A DNA stretch of 64,000 nucleotides. Origin: Dicyema japonicum (Eukaryota > Animalia > Dicyemida). A program made the position numbers and the translations under genes. This document shows, piece by piece, positions 59,690 through 64,000 of this stretch; the first letter of the stretch is position 1; every line of letters starts with the position of its first letter. The stretch spans positions 200,525 to 264,524 of the forward strand of contig RDEW01000012.1 in the NCBI GenBank assembly GCA_011109175.1, read 5' to 3'. Below the pieces are notes generated by a model, which did no database searches, had not been told where the DNA came from, and was given only the letters and a program-made list of their open reading frames with translations.

Positions 59690-59825
59690 TATTATTACCC
59701 CAGGATCACTGGGTCAAAGAGAAAGAAATAAAAGTTCTCATCTAACTAAGTGATCCCAGACCGACAAAGGTGAGGACGAGTCCGGCGGGGTCGAGAATCC
59801 TGAACAGCTCTTCTCATAGGACATG
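59690..59825 (-). mobile_element. Family B 3' tail copy
   Basis: Paralog of 23178-23300; GGGATCACT..AGTGATCCTGGGGT(AAT)n. Confidence 0.7.
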
Positions 59826-60078
59826 TTCACATTAGAGATAATAAATCGACTCATCACAAATAACCAAGTCGACAACAGATGTAAAACCCTTTGATTCTAA
59901 CATACAACGCTGCCACCTGGGGGATAACCTGTACTGAACTGCCAAAATGGACGTGTTCCATCTGTGGACTAAAAGATAATCTCCCCATTTGAATATGCTC
60001 ATAATGAAAATGGTGCATAACACTAGCTTTATTTTCATATTTAAGCTTCAGGAGTTGCTTCTATGTCATGGATTAGAT

Positions 60079-60250
60079 CAGTGTTTCTCAACCTTTTTTC
60101 GTATCGTCTCTATGAAAAAATTTATTTTCTATAATAACTATCGTATAGTATATCACGTCCGGGATGATAAGTCAAACTTATTCCAAAACAAATTCTAATA
60201 CAAATTGGAGACCTTGACATCGGTCCCTATTTTCGGAGGAAAAACGAAAT
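60079..60250. mobile_element. hAT (Charlie-type) left terminus
   Basis: GATTAGAT followed by CAGTGTTTCTCAACCTTTTTT. Confidence 0.55.
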
Positions 60251-60329
60251 TTTTAATATTTTCTAAAAACATGTTCGACTTTGTATGGGACAAAAAATGT
60301 TCTTGAATGGGTTAGAGTGAATTAGAGCC

Positions 60330-60390
60330 AAATGTGCAGCAAAAGAAACAAGGTTAGATGTCATCCTTTTGCTCCCTTGTTCATAGGTTG
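60330..60390 (-). repeat. Short copy of the RTE 3' UTR
   Basis: atgtgcagcaaaagaaacaaggttagatgtcatccttt is identical to 61444-61481. Confidence 0.8.
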
Positions 60391-60504
60391 TTTCTATAGA
60401 TTTATAAAGTTTATTTTATTGAGAGAATAAATTATTTGACTTGTAATTTTTATCTATAAATTCTATTTATTTTTGATATTAATGTTTTATTACTAAATCA
60501 CTAT

Positions 60505-60580
60505 TTACCTCTGACAAAAGATTGGGAAGGATGACAGTCACCTTGAAGTTAAACAAGGTCGGCATCCCTTTCAACAGATG
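60505..60580 (+). pseudogene. Isolated MutS-family (MSH4/5-like) exon-sized fragment
   Basis: GKDDSHLEVKQGRHPFQQM resembles the LxIxxGRHP motif that opens the MutS ATPase domain; no adjacent exons found. Confidence 0.3.
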
Positions 60581-61389
60581 TCAAAGGATCTTGGTATGAC
60601 AATTGATTTGCATTTCTGTTTGACATCACTCATTAGGTTGTTAGCTTGTACAGTATTTAGACCAGAAAAAGATTCTGATACATCTGATAAGTTTAGCTTG
60701 ATTCGACGAATAGTTTTCCATAAAAGACTCGTGGATTTCAAATGTCTAATATATGATAATAGGCGGTTCCACGCCCTATCTTTCTTTTCTTTGATGAGTT
60801 TTGTGATTCTCTGATTTAAACATTTTATATTTTCCTAATCAGAAGAGGTTTGTTGATGATTCATCTTAAGGGAATTTCTTTGTTTGATTAGGAGATGAGT
60901 CTCCGAGTCCAGAGTAGTCTTGTAGGATTTGTAAACTGCACGTGGGACAAACAACTTTTCAGCGTGAAGGATTACATGGTTTAGATAATCCACTGCTTTG
61001 TCGATGGAGCAAAATGAAGTAGGATCAGAATGTATTATGTTATTGTCAATGAAGACCTTGAAATTTGACCAGTCAGCTTTCTTGTAGATCTTGAAGACGC
61101 TAACATTCTCTAATGGTCAACGAAGAGCATAATTCAAATATGAATTTTTGAAGGTTTCTGTGTTATGCAAAAAAGAGGTTTTTGAACTTTTGCCTTTGTT
61201 ACATTTTTAATCCTTTTGATAATGTTGCAATTGTTCAATTCTTTTGGTTATTATGGAAATACATTGTGATTCCTTTGGTTTCATTAATGACTCTTGTAAC
61301 CATGTGTTTTGGAGTGATAAGTTTTACTTATCAGCCCGGACACGAAGATGGACCTGAGTTCTCATGTTATATGACAATAACTATCAATA

Positions 61390-63760
61390 TTAATTATTAT
61401 TATTTAAGCACTTCACGAGAGCCATACTAATTATAGCCCCGCATGTGCAGCAAAAGAAACAAGGTTAGATGTCATCCTTTTCCATGCTCCCCTGTTCATA
61501 GCCAAGGCTCTCATGTTTTCCAGGTCGTCGGCATTTATTAGATTTTTTTGATATTGACTTTTGTAAGACTATTGGCAGTGTTGTTCTTGGTCTTCTACGA
61601 TAGCGGCCTTCTTGAATAACATAGTATGTTTCCATGGATATGTTAGGTGGAGATGTTAATTCCATCCTCAGCACGTGTCCGAAGAGCTTCCATCGCGATT
61701 CCAGTACTTCTAAGCTGATAGGTCTAGTGCTGCATCTCTTATATAAAGCATTCCTCGATATTCTCGTAGGCCAAGTAGTTCCTGTTATTTTTCTCAGCTG
61801 ACCTCTGTGGAACGAGTCTAGTCTTTCCATATGCTGATGAGGTCGCCCAATTCCAGCGTTATATAAAAGTAAGGGTTTTATAAATAAGTCGTATAGTAGG
61901 ATTCTTTTTCGTGTTATGCCTCTTTGATTGAGCCATAGATTCTTTACTTTATATAACTCAGCATTGGCTAGAGTTTTCCTACGTAAAATATCTTCGCTAT
62001 CTCCCATAAGTGAACCGAGTTTCTTTACTTGTCGTCACTTCTCTTCTAGGGCGTTACTCATCCTTCTTATCTCTGTGAGTTCTGTTTTCTCTCTGTTCAC
62101 AGTAAGAAACCATTTCCCTAGTACATCTGGTGCTTTATCTAATAGGTTTTCCAGGACCTCTTTGTCTTCAGAAATTAGGTCTACATCGTCCGTAGATTAC
62201 TTCTTCCGTCTTTCCTTGGTATAACGGAATAAGTTCCCTCATAGCGGCTTCCAAATAAATTGTGAATAGTAGAGGAGAAAGAGAGTATCCTTGTAGAGTA
62301 CCCGTGTTTGTTTCAAATTTTCTTAAATAGGTCTTTCCGACTCTCACAAGGAGCTCAGTGTTAGAAAGTAGAATTCGGGTCATCCTTAGACTCGACTCAT
62401 CAAGAAATCCGCTAGTACCCCCATTAATTTGTTCCTGTTAACCGTATCAAAAGCTCTTGATAGGTCAATTCCCAGAATATTGGTGGCGTTACGTTATCTT
62501 TGATATGTTGCACACCTCCATCTGTGACTCCATACCGCATCAGCCATGGATCTCCCTTCTCGAAAACCACTTTGACTATCTGGTAGGTATTTGTAAGCAG
62601 ATCCTTTTATTCGTTCAAGCACAATGTTTGCCAAGACTTTGCGTAATGAATTTAGTAGTATGACGGGTCGCAAATTTTCGAGCGGTCCTCTGTTTTTGTT
62701 GGTTTTTTGTATGGGGATTAGTAGTCCCGCACCCAGAGGTAGAGTTGAGTTAGTTGGAAACATTTCATTTAGTAGTGTAGCGATTTTTTCAAAAAGGAGG
62801 TCAGGGCCGTATTTCAGTAATTCTGGGTTTATCGCATTTGGTCCGGGGCTTCTGTTATTCTTGTGTTTTCGGCAGGCCGTTTTGATTTCCTCGGCCGTGA
62901 TTGGTATCTCCAGGGGTCTTGGCCTTCCATCAAATGGGTGGATTTCTATGGTTTTGATGTTGAAAAACTTCTCAAAGTGAGCCGCTATGGCTTCAGTTTG
63001 TTCTTTGGTGTTTAGTATCAGCTTACCGTTCTCGTCTTTTATGGTTAGTCGACTTCGGTTTGTTCGCCGCAGTAAACGGGCAGCGACGTACACCTATGCG
63101 TTGTCTTTCACTTTGTTTACTCTTCTATACAGGAAGCTATTTCTTCTATGAAAAGCTTCTTGTTCAGACCCTTTATTTTTCTTCTGACACGTTGCCTTTT
63201 CGCCTTTAAGGGCTTTTATCGTATTAGTGTCTGGCATTTGATTTTCTCATATTTATTTCTTTTAGACTTTTCGCAAGCTCAGGAACATCTGGATGAATAG
63301 CCTTCAGGTGCATTTTACTATTCTCCCTTTTGCCAAGACATGCTTCAGCAGCTTCGTTGATGGTGTCCTTTGTGCGTTTCCAGGCGTCTTTTAACGTAGT
63401 ATCCACCAATACGTCATGCATATGAGTCTGAATGTATTGTTTATATCTCTCAGTAGTCTCCGGTTGGAAATCAGCCTTTCAGTCGCGTAGTCGCCTCTGA
63501 TTTTCTCAAATTCGTGATTTTTGGCATTCTTGTATTTGATGGCATGTTTTTTCAGGGTGAAGGTCGCAATAACCATCTTGTGGTCTCTGACAGTCGTCGA
63601 GCCTTCATATGAACGTGCGTTTATTAGAAGGTGTTTGTCTTTAGCCCGGCATATGACAATAATCTATTTGGTTGTATATTGGGACCAGCTTTCCCTCTGA
63701 GTTCCTTCACTTCCCCATCCACGTAGTTTTGTGGCAGGCAGGATGCGTAAATGCAGTATT
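61390..63760 (-). mobile_element. RTE-like LINE, best-preserved copy (APE C-terminus, RT, 3' UTR, (TAA)n tail)
   Basis: QIDYIVI..RSYEGSTTVRDHKMV; NNRSPGPNAINPELLKYG; LENLRPVILLN; SQSGFREGRS; GIDLSRAFDTV; GTLQGYSLSPLLF; WKLFGHVLRM. The 3' end is GGCTCTCGTGAAGTGCTTAAATAATAATAA. Internal deletions and frameshifts are present. Confidence 0.9.
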
Positions 63761-64000
63761 GCATAGGAAAATCAATAGTAATGTTTTAATTAATTAGTAT
63801 TTTTTATAAAAAAAATTTTTTAATGTGACCCTTTACCTTGGTGGAGGTTTATTAGATGCTCTATACTTGGGATTCTTATACTAAGAGCAACTCAGATGTC
63901 CCCTTTTTCGGTGATACTCAAATTATTCCGCTTCTTATTATATGGTTAAGTAAACTAAAATTTTTTTCAATGCAATATGATGCCGGATAAGATAACAATA

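Overview
This is AT-rich eukaryotic DNA, almost certainly from an animal; it is not prokaryotic. About 27 kb is host genes split by dense, very short GT-AG introns (mostly 21-31 nt), which is why the ORF track is fragmented. Reconstructed genes: MetAP2, RASSF2/4-like, a WDFY3/ALFY-like BEACH protein, SLC30A6/ZnT6, NOC4L, CKAP5/XMAP215, DTL/CDT2, a class C GPCR, a TBC1D2-like RabGAP with an extra C-terminal beta-propeller, and two orphan genes. Most of the rest is decayed transposon sequence: CRE-like, R4/Dong-like, RTE-like and Jockey/I-like LINEs, two SINE-like families, hAT/Buster, a Tc1-type MITE and an intron-containing DDE integrase. Tiny introns plus reduced animal genes would fit a genome-reduced parasite such as a dicyemid or myxozoan; that is inference only. 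Best leads: the PH-TBC-propeller fusion gene, a virus-like 2A (DVEPNPGP) peptide ahead of a LINE endonuclease, an apparent minimum intron length that makes splicing skip proximal AGs, modular SINEs sharing the RTE 3' tail, and a CKAP5 lacking TOG3-4. Gene names come from motif recognition from memory, not database searches. Exon models were spliced by hand and TE boundaries are approximate.
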